A DNA stretch of 60,028 bases from Gekko japonicus (taxonomy: Eukaryota), in the NCBI RefSeq assembly GCF_001447785.1, contig NW_015166462.1, positions 442,116 to 502,143 on the forward strand, given 5' to 3'. Below the pieces are notes generated by a model that was not told the origin of the DNA, ran no database searches, and saw only the letters and a list, made by a program, of their open reading frames with translations. Both the position numbers and the translations under genes were made by a program. How positions within the stretch are numbered: position 1 is the stretch's first letter; every line of letters begins with the position of its first letter. Shown piece by piece: positions 49,790 through 60,028 of the stretch.

Positions 49790-50305
49790 CTTTTTTCAAT
49801 TAATGTTTTTATTAATTTCAAATTTTTTCAATTAATGTTTTTATTAATTTCAAACTCTTACAAGTTATTTACAAGTTATTCTACAACAAAAAGTAAATTT
49901 AACACTCTTTGTCGTCTTCCACAAATTGCCAATCCTATTCTGCTTCTACTTCATTGATCAATTATAATCTTTAATTAATCCAGTAGAATTGGCGCGCCTA
50001 GGTTAATATTTCTGCCTCTCAAAATTACATCCAGTACAACTGCACTTGTAAACTCTATCTCCCATAATTTCCCTTTAAATCTCATTTTATAACCATGTGT
50101 TCTATATATATTTTATCTCTAAATCATTATAATAAGATGCGTTACAATAAAGTAAGATAGAAAGTAAGATACAAACTGGAAATATATTTCTCCATTTCTT
50201 AGCTCTGCTCTCTTTACTACATTCTGTTCTTCCTCTTCAAACCGGAGCTCTTCTAATTGGCGTTCCCTCACCCGGGACTCCGGAGAAGACTCTCGCTGGA
50301 GTCTT
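49790..50305 (-). mobile_element. Short L1-mobilised non-autonomous element
   Basis: Flanking duplication gggccttgggct(c/a)ctttt. CpG-containing 5' end and AT-rich 3' end with AATAAA and A-tail (duplicated ~32-mer). Confidence 0.55.
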
Positions 50306-50859
50306 GGGGCCTTGGGCTACTTTTGAAGTACAGGAACCTTGCTTCAACCTGGAGTGTGTTTTAGAGGTGCCAGCCAATCATCCTCCTGGGGATCCCCTGC
50401 AATTACAGCTCAATCTCCAGACTACGGACATCAGTTCCCCTGGAGAAAACGCCTGCTCTGGAGGGTGGACTCTATGGCACAGTACCCGACATTGCATAGT
50501 CCCCGGGGGCCCTTTGTTTTGTCTTAGTGCGTCACTGAAGATATACAAATGCCTCACTTAGCACCACAAGGAAGACCGTCCTTGCAAAAAAGTTCCTTTG
50601 AAATGGCAGGCTACATTACTGATGGAAGTGTAGACCTGCTCCCACTAGAGATGCCAGGCTCCAGGTGGGACCCGGGGATCCCCCCCGAAATCACAGTTCA
50701 TCTTCAGACTCCAGAGATCAGCTTTCCTAGAGAAAATAGAGGGCTTTGGAGGGTGGACTGTACGGCACTGTACCCCACTACAGTCTCTGCCCTCTCCAGT
50801 CTCCATCTCCAGATCTCCGGGAATTTCCCAACCTGGAGCTGGCAGCCCTCCCTCCCTCC

Positions 50860-51350
50860 CGGCCAGTGTCCGGGGAGAAGCGAAACCGACGGCAGCTTTA
50901 AAAGCCGGGCGATGACGAGGCGTCCGTCCCAGTGGTCTTCTGCCGGTCGCGGCGTCTGGACGCTTCGGGGTGATCGCGGACGGAGCCAGCGGTCGTCGGG
51001 CGGCGGGAGATCTGCGCGGGACTCCTCAGCCTCCTCCGTCGTTCCCGGGACGGTAAGGGACTGGGGGGCGAGGCGAGCTCCTCGGCCGGCAGGACTCCTC
51101 GAGGAGGGACGGGCGGGGCCGGGAGGAGGAGGAGGAGGAGAAAGGGGTGGTTGGAAGCAGGTGTGCTACTCCAGGTCCCTTGAGGTGGATGAGCTACCTG
51201 GCCGCACCCATCAGAGAGTCCCGTTTCTACCACGCCTCCGGGGAAGCCCGTTACGAGGCCCCACGGCAGCAAAGAGCACCTCGTGTTTAGAGCTATACTG
51301 CTCCTGAACGTGGAGGTTCTACCACCGGACTTCTTCGGCGGTCTCCGTGT
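50860..51350 (+). promoter_or_regulatory. CpG-island promoter and first exon of a plus-strand gene (FIZ1 expected by synteny); donor at 51052/51053
   Basis: CpG-rich, with TATA-like tttaaaa (~50897) and donor ACG|gtaagg. In mammals FIZ1 is divergent from ZNF524. No coding exon is visible in the window, so the identity is inferred. Confidence 0.55.
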
Positions 51351-51709
51351 GTGTGTGTGTGGAGGGGCGATCCCCCTTCTTACAGATTAGAGGGGGAGTA
51401 ACGAGCCAAGGAAAAAAGTTCTAGATGAGCCTCGCCCTGGAGTGAGGAATTAATTTTTTTAACCCCCATTTGGCAGGGCGGCGGTGCCCTTTGCGGCCGT
51501 TAGTAGAGGCGAAGCTACAGTGTGAGAATGGGCGCAGTGTCGTGGTTAGGGTTGCGGTGGGGAGAGGGAGAGGCACGTTTGGGCTTATGGTTGCCAGCTC
51601 CAGGTGGGGGAATTCCTGGAGATTCAGGGGTGGAGGGTGGAACCTCAGTCGGTTGGAAGGCGATAGGTCTTCCCTCCATTTTCTCGGGGGGGGGGGGGTC
51701 TGTTTTCTG

Positions 51710-52578
51710 NNNNNNNNNNNNNNNNNNNNNNNNNNNNNNNNNNNNNNNNNNNNNNNNNNNNNNNNNNNNNNNNNNNNNNNNNNNNNNNNNNNNNNNNNNN
51801 NNNNNNNNNNNNNNNNNNNNNNNNNNNNNNNNNNNNNNNNNNNNNNNNNNNNNNNNNNNNNNNNNNNNNNNNNNNNNNNNNNNNNNNNNNNNNNNNNNNN
51901 NNNNNNNNNNNNNNNNNNNNNNNNNNNNNNNNNNNNNNNNNNNNNNNNNNNNNNNNNNNNNNNNNNNNNNNNNNNNNNNNNNNNNNNNNNNNNNNNNNNN
52001 NNNNNNNNNNNNNNNNNNNNNNNNNNNNNNNNNNNNNNNNNNNNNNNNNNNNNNNNNNNNNNNNNNNNNNNNNNNNNNNNNNNNNNNNNNNNNNNNNNNN
52101 NNNNNNNNNNNNNNNNNNNNNNNNNNNNNNNNNNNNNNNNNNNNNNNNNNNNNNNNNNNNNNNNNNNNNNNNNNNNNNNNNNNNNNNNNNNNNNNNNNNN
52201 NNNNNNNNNNNNNNNNNNNNNNNNNNNNNNNNNNNNNNNNNNNNNNNNNNNNNNNNNNNNNNNNNNNNNNNNNNNNNNNNNNNNNNNNNNNNNNNNNNNN
52301 NNNNNNNNNNNNNNNNNNNNNNNNNNNNNNNNNNNNNNNNNNNNNNNNNNNNNNNNNNNNNNNNNNNNNNNNNNNNNNNNNNNNNNNNNNNNNNNNNNNN
52401 NNNNNNNNNNNNNNNNNNNNNNNNNNNNNNNNNNNNNNNNNNNNNNNNNNNNNNNNNNNNNNNNNNNNNNNNNNNNNNNNNNNNNNNNNNNNNNNNNNNN
52501 NNNNNNNNNNNNNNNNNNNNNNNNNNNNNNNNNNNNNNNNNNNNNNNNNNNNNNNNNNNNNNNNNNNNNNNNNNNNNA
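51710..52578. other. Assembly gap
   Basis: Run of N. Confidence 1.
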
Positions 52579-52810
52579 GATCGACTATAATCCCGGGAGA
52601 TCTCCAAGCCCCATATGGCAGGCCGCTCTCTGTGGGCTTTGGCCCCCAGTCGTCGGTCAGGGAGGTTGCTGGGTGGGCTCATCACTTTAGCCCAACTTCC
52701 TTTGCAGGAAAATAGAGCAGGAACCCCGTGGTAGTAAACTAAATTATTCCGGCATCAGCCTCCCTGAGACACAGCTGCCTTCATCAGATGCATTAATGTG
52801 TCCATCCATT

Positions 52811-53088
52811 AGAAGAAGAGGAGGAGGAGGAGATTGGATTTATACCCCGCCCTTCACTCAGAGTCTCAGAGCGGTTTACAAACCGCTTTCCCTTCCCCTC
52901 CCCACAACAGACACCCTGTGAGGTAGGTGGGGCTGAGAGAGGTCTGACAGAAACTACTCTTTTCAAGGACGGCTCTGACAGAACTATGGCTTGCCCAAGG
53001 TCATCCAGCAGCTGTGATTGGCGGAGTGGGGAATCAAACCCGGTTCTCCCAGTTTAGAGTCCGCTCACTTAACCACTACACCAAACTG
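52811..53088 (-). mobile_element. Squam3-type SINE
   Basis: Close match to 31478-31760. Confidence 0.8.
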
Positions 53089-53569
53089 GGCCATGCTTTG
53101 ATAATCATGTCAGAAATACTGTGTGTGCACGTGTGTGTGTGTGGAGGGGAAAATGTTAGGAAGACAGACTGGTTTCAAGCAAGTTCCAGCCAAAAGAGTC
53201 ATCAGGTTTGTCCCCAGTGAGTGGGGGCTACTCTCAGGTGTGGTTAGACAAAACCTAATGAATGGCCCACTGTGAGCTGATCGCCCTTTTGGTTGGAGCT
53301 TGTTTTAAATCGGCCTCTCCTAACCCTGATAACCATCCTTCACCACTCAGGCATCTCCTGAGAACATCTAGACTGACCCGCTGAGAGGGTATCCTTCTAG
53401 CACAGTAGTAGCCCAATAACAAAGTAACTGGGTAGAAATCTCAGAAATTCCTTATAAGAAGCTATGTAGTGCCTGAGTGATCTATAGCACAGAGGGAAGA
53501 GATGAAGAGGAGTATCCCGGAGGAATAGATTCTACCAACCAAAGGCCCCCCCCCCAAATCTTTATACAA

Positions 53570-54023
53570 GATTTTCGGCTAAACATTAAGAAGAACTTCA
53601 TTAGGAAGAACTTCCTAACAGTTCGAGTATTTCCTCAGTGGAACAGGCTTCCTCGGGAGGTGGTGGGCTCTCCTCCTTTGGAGGTTTTCAAACAGAGGCT
53701 AGGTGGCCATCTGACAGCAGTGCCGATCCGTAGGCAGATCATGAGAGGGAGGGCAGGAAGGGCTACGCCGTGCTTCGTTCTTGCAGGCCTTTCTCGCACA
53801 CCCAGGGAAATGCTGATAAGCATTTTGAGGTCAGGAAGCAATTTTCTCCAGGCCAGTTTGGACAGGGATCCTGGAGGTTATGTTTTTTGTTTTGCCATCT
53901 TCTAGGCATGGAGCAGGGATCACTGGTGGTGTGGGGGGGACACAGGTAGTAGTGAATTTCTATCATTGTGCAGGGGGTTGGACTAGATGATCCTGGAGAT
54001 CCCTTCCAACTCTATGATTCTAT
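53570..54023 (+). mobile_element. CR1 LINE 3' end
   Basis: FRLNIKKNF...WNRLPREVVGSPPLEVFKQRL; ends cccttccaactctatgattctat. Confidence 0.85.
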
Positions 54024-54704
54024 TTCCTCTTTAAAAGGTTAACTGATGTTTGGTTAAACCTGCATCCATTTCGCATGTGTGGGTTTTCTGTAGTTAGAAT
54101 CAGGAAACGTTCTGCAAAATCATATAATGCCCTAAATAGATCACGGTCTGATTTAGCATACTTATTTTGACTTATTTCTTAAAAGTGGTCACTAAATATA
54201 TCTCGTGTTGATTTTATATGCCCCAAGATCAACCAGTAAGTTCAGCAGAAATATTTGATAAAAATGGCGTGGTTTAAATGTTTCGTTCAAACATATGCAG
54301 AGGTTTATGTGGAAATCAGTTTTATTGGCAATGATACTTGTGAAAAAATTCAGACCATACACCATGTACTTTCCTGATATTGTTTAAATCTAAGTGGAAA
54401 ACCCCAAAGGCATGGAAAACTGCCCGCTTGCTAGTTTCAGCTCAGCGGGAGAACGGTGCATGCGATGTCCTGGACATGGTTGTCCACTTAACTGTTTCAC
54501 CAGAACTGAACACTCATCCACTGGCTGTGCCATCTCAAGAAGAGTTCAGCCCTTCTAAGTCAGTGGAAGTCAGTGGGCAAAGAGGAGTATAGCTCTGCTT
54601 TTATTCATCTTTTATAATCGAGCTTTAAGACCTTTGGTCATAGAAGCTAATAAATATAAATATATATAAATAACTCTGCTTTAGGGATAGCACTGTAGAT
54701 GGTT

Positions 54705-54908
54705 GGTGGTGCTGGAGGAGGAAAGTGCCGTCAAGTCACCGCTGACTCGTGTCAAACCTGTAGCATTTTCAGGGCAGGAGGCTGATTCAGACGGGGGAAG
54801 CCTCATGACCCCCAGTAGTCCTTGGAGGTCTCCCATCGAAATACTAGCCGTGGCCGACCCTGCTTAGCTTCCGAGATTTGACAACATCAGGCCAACCCGG
54901 GCTATCTA
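54705..54908 (-). mobile_element. 5S-derived SINE
   Basis: Reverse complement reads atctcggaagctaagcagggtcggccacggctagtatttcgatgggagacc (5S-like). Confidence 0.75.
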
Positions 54909-55221
54909 CTTGAGTCTGGGCATCTGGGACGTGGAGAAAAAAACGAGTGGGGCATGTTTTTTCCCCTGTGGCTTCTGAAACCTGGCCTTCTGAGGTGGAC
55001 ATCCCTCAGAGCTAGAAGGAAAGGCCAGAGAAATAGTATGGAGCCAAATTTAAGCTAAATGCAAGGCGAAGAAACTGTGAGCGGGGAGTGTTGCAGGGTG
55101 TCCATCTGGGCTCTGGATGCAGGTTTAGCAGAGTTTGTCTGCAGTAGGAGCGCTTTTTTGCTCCTATAAGGGAAATGAAAATTTCAAAGTCTCCCTTTCA
55201 GTGAAACTCACTTTCAGTGAA

Positions 55222-55495
55222 AGTGCCACCTTTAAGACCAGCAAAGTTTAATTCTGGGTATAAGCTTTTGTGTGCAGGCACACTTCTTCAGATACATTCA
55301 GATACATCTAGCCCTTCCTAGTAACTAACCCCACCCCCACCTATATGTAAGACTTGAGGAAATCTGTTTCAGTGTTCCTGAGGAAGTGTACCTGCACACA
55401 AAAGCTTATACTCAGAATTACACTTTGTTGGACTTAAAGGTGCCACTGGACTCAAACTTTGTCCTATTTCTTCAGACAAACATATCTACCCACCT
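55222..55495. mobile_element. Penelope-like inverted-terminus remnant with degenerate hammerhead motifs
   Basis: gtgccacctttaagacc...cacacttcttcag facing ctgaggaagtgt...cttaaaggtgccactggactc. Confidence 0.55.
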
Positions 55496-55738
55496 GAACC
55501 TCCCTTTCAGTGAGGGTGCATTGGAGACCCACATGAAGCCAAAGCCTGTAATGCCGTCCTGGGAACTATACACCACTTGAACTTGAAGAAGATGGGAGTG
55601 CATAGCCATATAACAGTGTATTGTATCTTGATTTTTGAAAGCAACGTTCTTTGTCGTTTTGTACAGAGAACAGGGTTTCTCTTTGTTGTTTTGCTAGTGT
55701 TTCTAAAGTTATGTTGGGGACAGGAACACACAACTCCT

Positions 55739-56320
55739 NNNNNNNNNNNNNNNNNNNNNNNNNNNNNNNNNNNNNNNNNNNNNNNNNNNNNNNNNNNNNN
55801 NNNNNNNNNNNNNNNNNNNNNNNNNNNNNNNNNNNNNNNNNNNNNNNNNNNNNNNNNNNNNNNNNNNNNNNNNNNNNNNNNNNNNNNNNNNNNNNNNNNN
55901 NNNNNNNNNNNNNNNNNNNNNNNNNNNNNNNNNNNNNNNNNNNNNNNNNNNNNNNNNNNNNNNNNNNNNNNNNNNNNNNNNNNNNNNNNNNNNNNNNNNN
56001 NNNNNNNNNNNNNNNNNNNNNNNNNNNNNNNNNNNNNNNNNNNNNNNNNNNNNNNNNNNNNNNNNNNNNNNNNNNNNNNNNNNNNNNNNNNNNNNNNNNN
56101 NNNNNNNNNNNNNNNNNNNNNNNNNNNNNNNNNNNNNNNNNNNNNNNNNNNNNNNNNNNNNNNNNNNNNNNNNNNNNNNNNNNNNNNNNNNNNNNNNNNN
56201 NNNNNNNNNNNNNNNNNNNNNNNNNNNNNNNNNNNNNNNNNNNNNNNNNNNNNNNNNNNNNNNNNNNNNNNNNNNNNNNNNNNNNNNNNNNNNNNNNNNN
56301 NNNNNNNNNNNNNNNNNNNN
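55739..56320. other. Assembly gap
   Basis: Run of N. Confidence 1.
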
Positions 56321-57425
56321 TTATTTTCTGTGCCCCAGTTGTTTTGAAGTGCCTGTGTTTATTTTCTGTGCCCAATATGTATATAGTTAAATAAATCTTC
56401 CTTTTCTGAGTTTAAAAAGCCTGGTGTGCCTTAACCACATAGTCCTCCCCGCTTTTCACATTACCAGGGGCAAAGGGAGGCCAGGGGACACAAACGGGCC
56501 TAAATCTGAGGGTTTGCCAACTCTCCAGGGGGCACCCAAAGATCGAGATACCCACTTCTCAAGGTGGGGAATTTATCCAGAGGGGTCTCACTGTCCCTCA
56601 AGGAAGGCGGTAACTCAATTCCAGCAGTAACGAAGAGAAATAGTCCCACCAGGCGGGTGGGAAGGCCAAAACAGGGGCTTGCAAGCCACAGGACGGCACA
56701 TCAGTCTCCCAGGGCTGAGGGCGGGTCCCCATTTCGCCACAGACAGAGGGCATAAAATAATGTCTGGTGGTAGGTTCTGGATTCAGATTTCATACCAAAT
56801 CGGAAACCGCGGTCAGATGCTGGGCTTTGCATGGAGTCTGGATGGGGAAACCATGATGATAGGTGCTGTCTCACTGGCTACAGCACGGAAACATGAGTGA
56901 ATTTATAAAGCGGAGCTCTGGGAAGACAGAGAATAGACGGGCTATTTGCCTGCTGTACATCTGCAGTGACATCGTATGCAGAGTGGGTGGTGGAAAGTGC
57001 TATCGAGTCCTGGGGGGGGGGCCTTGCGCGGAACTTCCGGCTGCGATGGGCGGGGCTCGGGTCACTCCCAATGCCCAAATCCTTTTCGCGTCTTTCGGGG
57101 CCTCCCGGAGCCCGGGAGAGCCCTAACAGTTCCCTAGTGTGGAGAACTGGAGCAAGGGTTTTTTGTTGCGGCTCCTCCCGCGATTGGCGACGCGGGGGGG
57201 TGTGTCTGCTTCCTACCCTGAAGTGGGCGCGGATTGCGAGTGAGAACATGGCCTCCATGTTCTCTATAGCTGCTGCCTTCCGTCTGTTTTTATTCAAACT
57301 CGTATGGGATATACAGCAACGAAGAAAATAAGTAGCAAATACATGCATCTTTACGTTGAAAGCAAAGAAACCCCGAATCGTTTTGGCACGAAAGGAAAAT
57401 AAAGCGGCCAGAAAAGAGAGCTAAG

Positions 57426-57738
57426 CAGGGGTCTTGTTGTAGAAAAAGAGCTGCCGGAGCTCATTAGCATAACTCATTAGCATAACTTATTTGCATATGC
57501 CACGCCCCCTGACATCACCGGAAGTGACAGAAGGCCACACCCCCTGACATCACCGGAAGTGTGTCAGAAGGCCCGGCTACTTACCCTCCTGCTTCATCCT
57601 CATTCCCAAACGGAATGAGGATCGAAGCAGAGGGCGGGGTAAAGAAGGGGGCGGGGCTTCACCACGTGACCGCCCCGCCCCCTAGAGGTTCTCTTCCGGA
57701 GCTCCGTACCTGAGAGCTCCCCCCCGACTAGAGCCCTG
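57426..57738 (-). mobile_element. Young hAT MITE, TSD gagctaag
   Basis: Near-identical reverse complement of 25868-26183, with a perfect TSD. Confidence 0.85.
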
Positions 57739-57831
57739 GAGCTAAGTATATATATACTTTTTCTGCTTTCTATCGGGGGAAAAAGTGTTGTGTTCTTGGG
57801 ACAGGACTACTGAGACTTGAACTGTGTGAAA

Positions 57832-58431
57832 ATGGTGTCCGAAAGGGGAGATGAATTAGAGAAGGAACTGGTTGGAGAAATGATGGAGCAATTTCTAAAG
57901 GCTTTAAAAGAAGGAATTCAGGAGGGCATTAAAGAGGGATTTAAGGCAGCATTTGCAAGCTTACATGAACCCCCTATATTATTTGAGAATACCGAGACTG
58001 TTGAAAACTGTATTCAGATTCCGGAGAGTGTGGAACAGACTTTGGAGGTGGAGCAAGAAAAGGAGGAAGTGGAGTTGGAATATACATCGGCACAAAGGAA
58101 TAATGAGGAAATAATTAATGGGAGCAAGTTGAAGAGAGAGAAGACAAAAGGAGAAGGAACGATGTTTAAAGTGAAGAAAAAATGGAAAAGGGGAAGACGA
58201 GACCGAAATGTGTGCAAGATTCAAAGGTTCAGGAAATTATGGAGACAGGTTGTTTCAAAAAACATTGAGGAGAGACTGGAAATGAATTACCATTTGTGCA
58301 AAGGAAAAGAACATGTAGATATGCTACTGCGGATAGGAAAATTACTGGTGTATAGAAGGCAAAATAAATTATATGCACTTATATATATGTTGATTTTTAT
58401 GGACTGTTTAGATCGGAGTAGATTGATTTAG
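57832..58431 (+). CDS. TE-borne 199-aa ORF: acidic helical N-terminus, basic C-terminus, unknown function
   Basis: ATG in strong Kozak context aaaATGG; open for 199 codons inside the TSD-bounded element; no RT or EN motifs. Expression is unproven. Confidence 0.45.
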   Translation: MVSERGDELEKELVGEMMEQFLKALKEGIQEGIKEGFKAAFASLHEPPILFENTETVENCIQIPESVEQTLEVEQEKEEVELEYTSAQRNNEEIINGSKLKREKTKGEGTMFKVKKKWKRGRRDRNVCKIQRFRKLWRQVVSKNIEERLEMNYHLCKGKEHVDMLLRIGKLLVYRRQNKLYALIYMLIFMDCLDRSRLI

Positions 58432-58636
58432 GTTACAGAATTTAGGGAAAGTCAGAGGTTGAGTATAGGTGTCTGATATGAATTGTGTAGATTACAATAA
58501 ATTGATTTTAGAAGATAGGACCGAGGATTAAGTGCTAATGGAGAGATTTAAAGGTGATGGCATGAAGCGTTGTTAGGAAATTAAATGAAATCAAATTACA
58601 TGAATTTATTTATATTTATTTATATTTTGATCTTGT

Positions 58637-58979
58637 AAGGTAAAGGTAAAGGTTCCCTTGCTCGAAAGCCAGTCGAATCCGACTCTAGGGTTGCGGTGCT
58701 CATCTCCGTTTCAAAGCCGAAGAGCCAGCGCTGTCTGAAGACGTTTCCGTGGTCATGTGGCCGGCATGACTAAACACCAAGGTGCACGGAACGCTGTTAC
58801 CTTCCCACCGCAGTGGTCCCTATTTATCTACTTGCAATTTCTTGCTTTCGAACTGCTAGGTTGGCAGGAGCTGGAACTAGAGATGGGAGCTCACTCCATC
58901 ATGCGGCACCCGGGTCTTGAACTGCTGAACTACTGACCTTCCACAGCCTGCAGTTCAGCGTCTTAACCACTTGAGCCAC
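58637..58979 (-). mobile_element. Sauria SINE
   Basis: (aaaggt)n tail and Sauria body. Confidence 0.85.
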
Positions 58980-60028
58980 TTGAGTAAATTGATGTAGGCT
59001 AAAGCTGAAGGCATGAATTGTTGGGTGATGTAATTTTCATTTAGTTATCTATTTATATGGTTTGGTATAAAATAAAATGAGTTTAACTAATATAAGTATG
59101 TTGGAATATATATATATAATGTTTGGATTACTGGACACTTTACAAAGGAGTTTAAAATATTGGATAATATGCTTTTTTCTTTTTCTTGACATTAAATGGC
59201 AGTAAAGAACACTTTTGGCCGGAATAGGTGGGAGGTAAACAACGAAAATAGTGGAAAACTAAAATAAAAAGAAATAAAATGTTATAAAAATCTAAATGGT
59301 AGGATAAATATTATTGTTGGAGTAAGTGGAAATTTAGATAGTGGACTGTCTAAAGAAAATAAGGTGGATAAAGAAAATTATAAAATATTATTATTGGATG
59401 CATGTACGGGAAAAATTGTTCTAGTTTATGATTGAATAAGAAGAAGGAAAATGTAATTGTCGGTGGATCGTGTTGCTGTTTAGGAACATTTATATATGGT
59501 GATAATTGGATGAATTGTTTATGTAAAACATATTATAGGTTTATGCATTGCACTGAAAAACTCAATAAAAATATTACACACACACACAAAAAGAAAGTGC
59601 TATCGAGTCCCTGCTGACTTCTGGCAATCTCTCCAGGGGTTTTCAAGGCAAGAGGGGAACAGAGCTGCGACTTCCTCAGGGGTGTCCCATCCAAGCACTT
59701 AACCAGGGCCCGACCCTGCTTCGCTTCAGAGGTCTGATAAGGTCAGGCTGAGAGATCCCAGTCTAAAGGGCCATTGTGGTCCTGTGGGTTTGCCTGGAGT
59801 AAGTGTGTCTAGGATTGCAGGGTTCGAAGTGTCAGCCGTGGCTTGGTTGTCATGGTAAGTACAAGCCCTGTGGCAACTTTGTTGAACTTGTGCCAAGTGG
59901 GCTGATGAGCTGATCTAGAACCACCTTGTGCCTGACGGTACCTTTTGCCTGTCTCTTTCTGTCTCTGTCTCTCTCCCCCCCCTCCCCTTGTCACAGAATG
60001 GGCTTTCGACAGAGATCGCCTCCATTCC

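Larger units (their letters stand above)
57011..59592 (+). mobile_element. Full-length non-autonomous retroposon (HAL1-like) inserted in a 5S-SINE tail
   Basis: 18-bp TSD gaaagtgctatcgagtcc (56993-57010, 59593-59610), 5' G-run, CpG-rich 5'UTR, single ORF, AATAAA at 59564-59569, A/CA tail. Confidence 0.75.

Noticed and set aside
50549-51307. 252-aa ORF
   Set aside because: Runs through a MITE and a CpG island and across a splice donor; low stop-codon frequency explains it.
51470-52715. 346-406 aa ORFs
   Set aside because: Artefacts of translating through the N gap.
54800-54908. 5S rRNA gene
   Set aside because: Diverged, fused to a SINE tail and dispersed; it is a SINE head.
55566-56394. 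247-269 aa ORFs
   Set aside because: Artefacts of the N gap.
55547-56460. Possible solo LTR (AATAAA, ends ...tcaca)
   Set aside because: No matching TSD is visible and the gap hides most of it.

Overview
This is vertebrate genomic DNA. The Sauria, Squam3-type and 5S-derived SINEs, Bov-B and CR1 point to a squamate reptile, probably a gecko (inference). Two intact minus-strand C2H2 zinc-finger genes each have a single coding exon: ZNF865 (7797-10715, 972 aa, 20 fingers) and ZNF524 (32579-33694, 371 aa, 4 fingers). Each has an upstream CpG-island promoter and a non-coding first exon (about 20.9-21.3 kb and about 36.0-36.5 kb). A third CpG island at about 50.9-51.3 kb has a plus-strand splice donor and, by mammalian synteny, may be FIZ1 exon 1. 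The rest is dense, nested transposable-element sequence with three assembly gaps. Four observations stand out. (1) An apparently full-length, non-autonomous L1-mobilised (HAL1-like) retroposon at 57011-59592 has an 18-bp TSD and one intact 199-aa orphan ORF. (2) A young hAT MITE family carries clustered OCT/KLF/ETS/GC-box/CTCF-like motifs plus a splice donor. (3) A Bov-B and an L1 both show 5'-inversion (twin-priming-type) structures. (4) ZNF524 has a Trp/Gly/acidic tail and an apparently degenerate AT-hook. All family names come from recall, not database searches.
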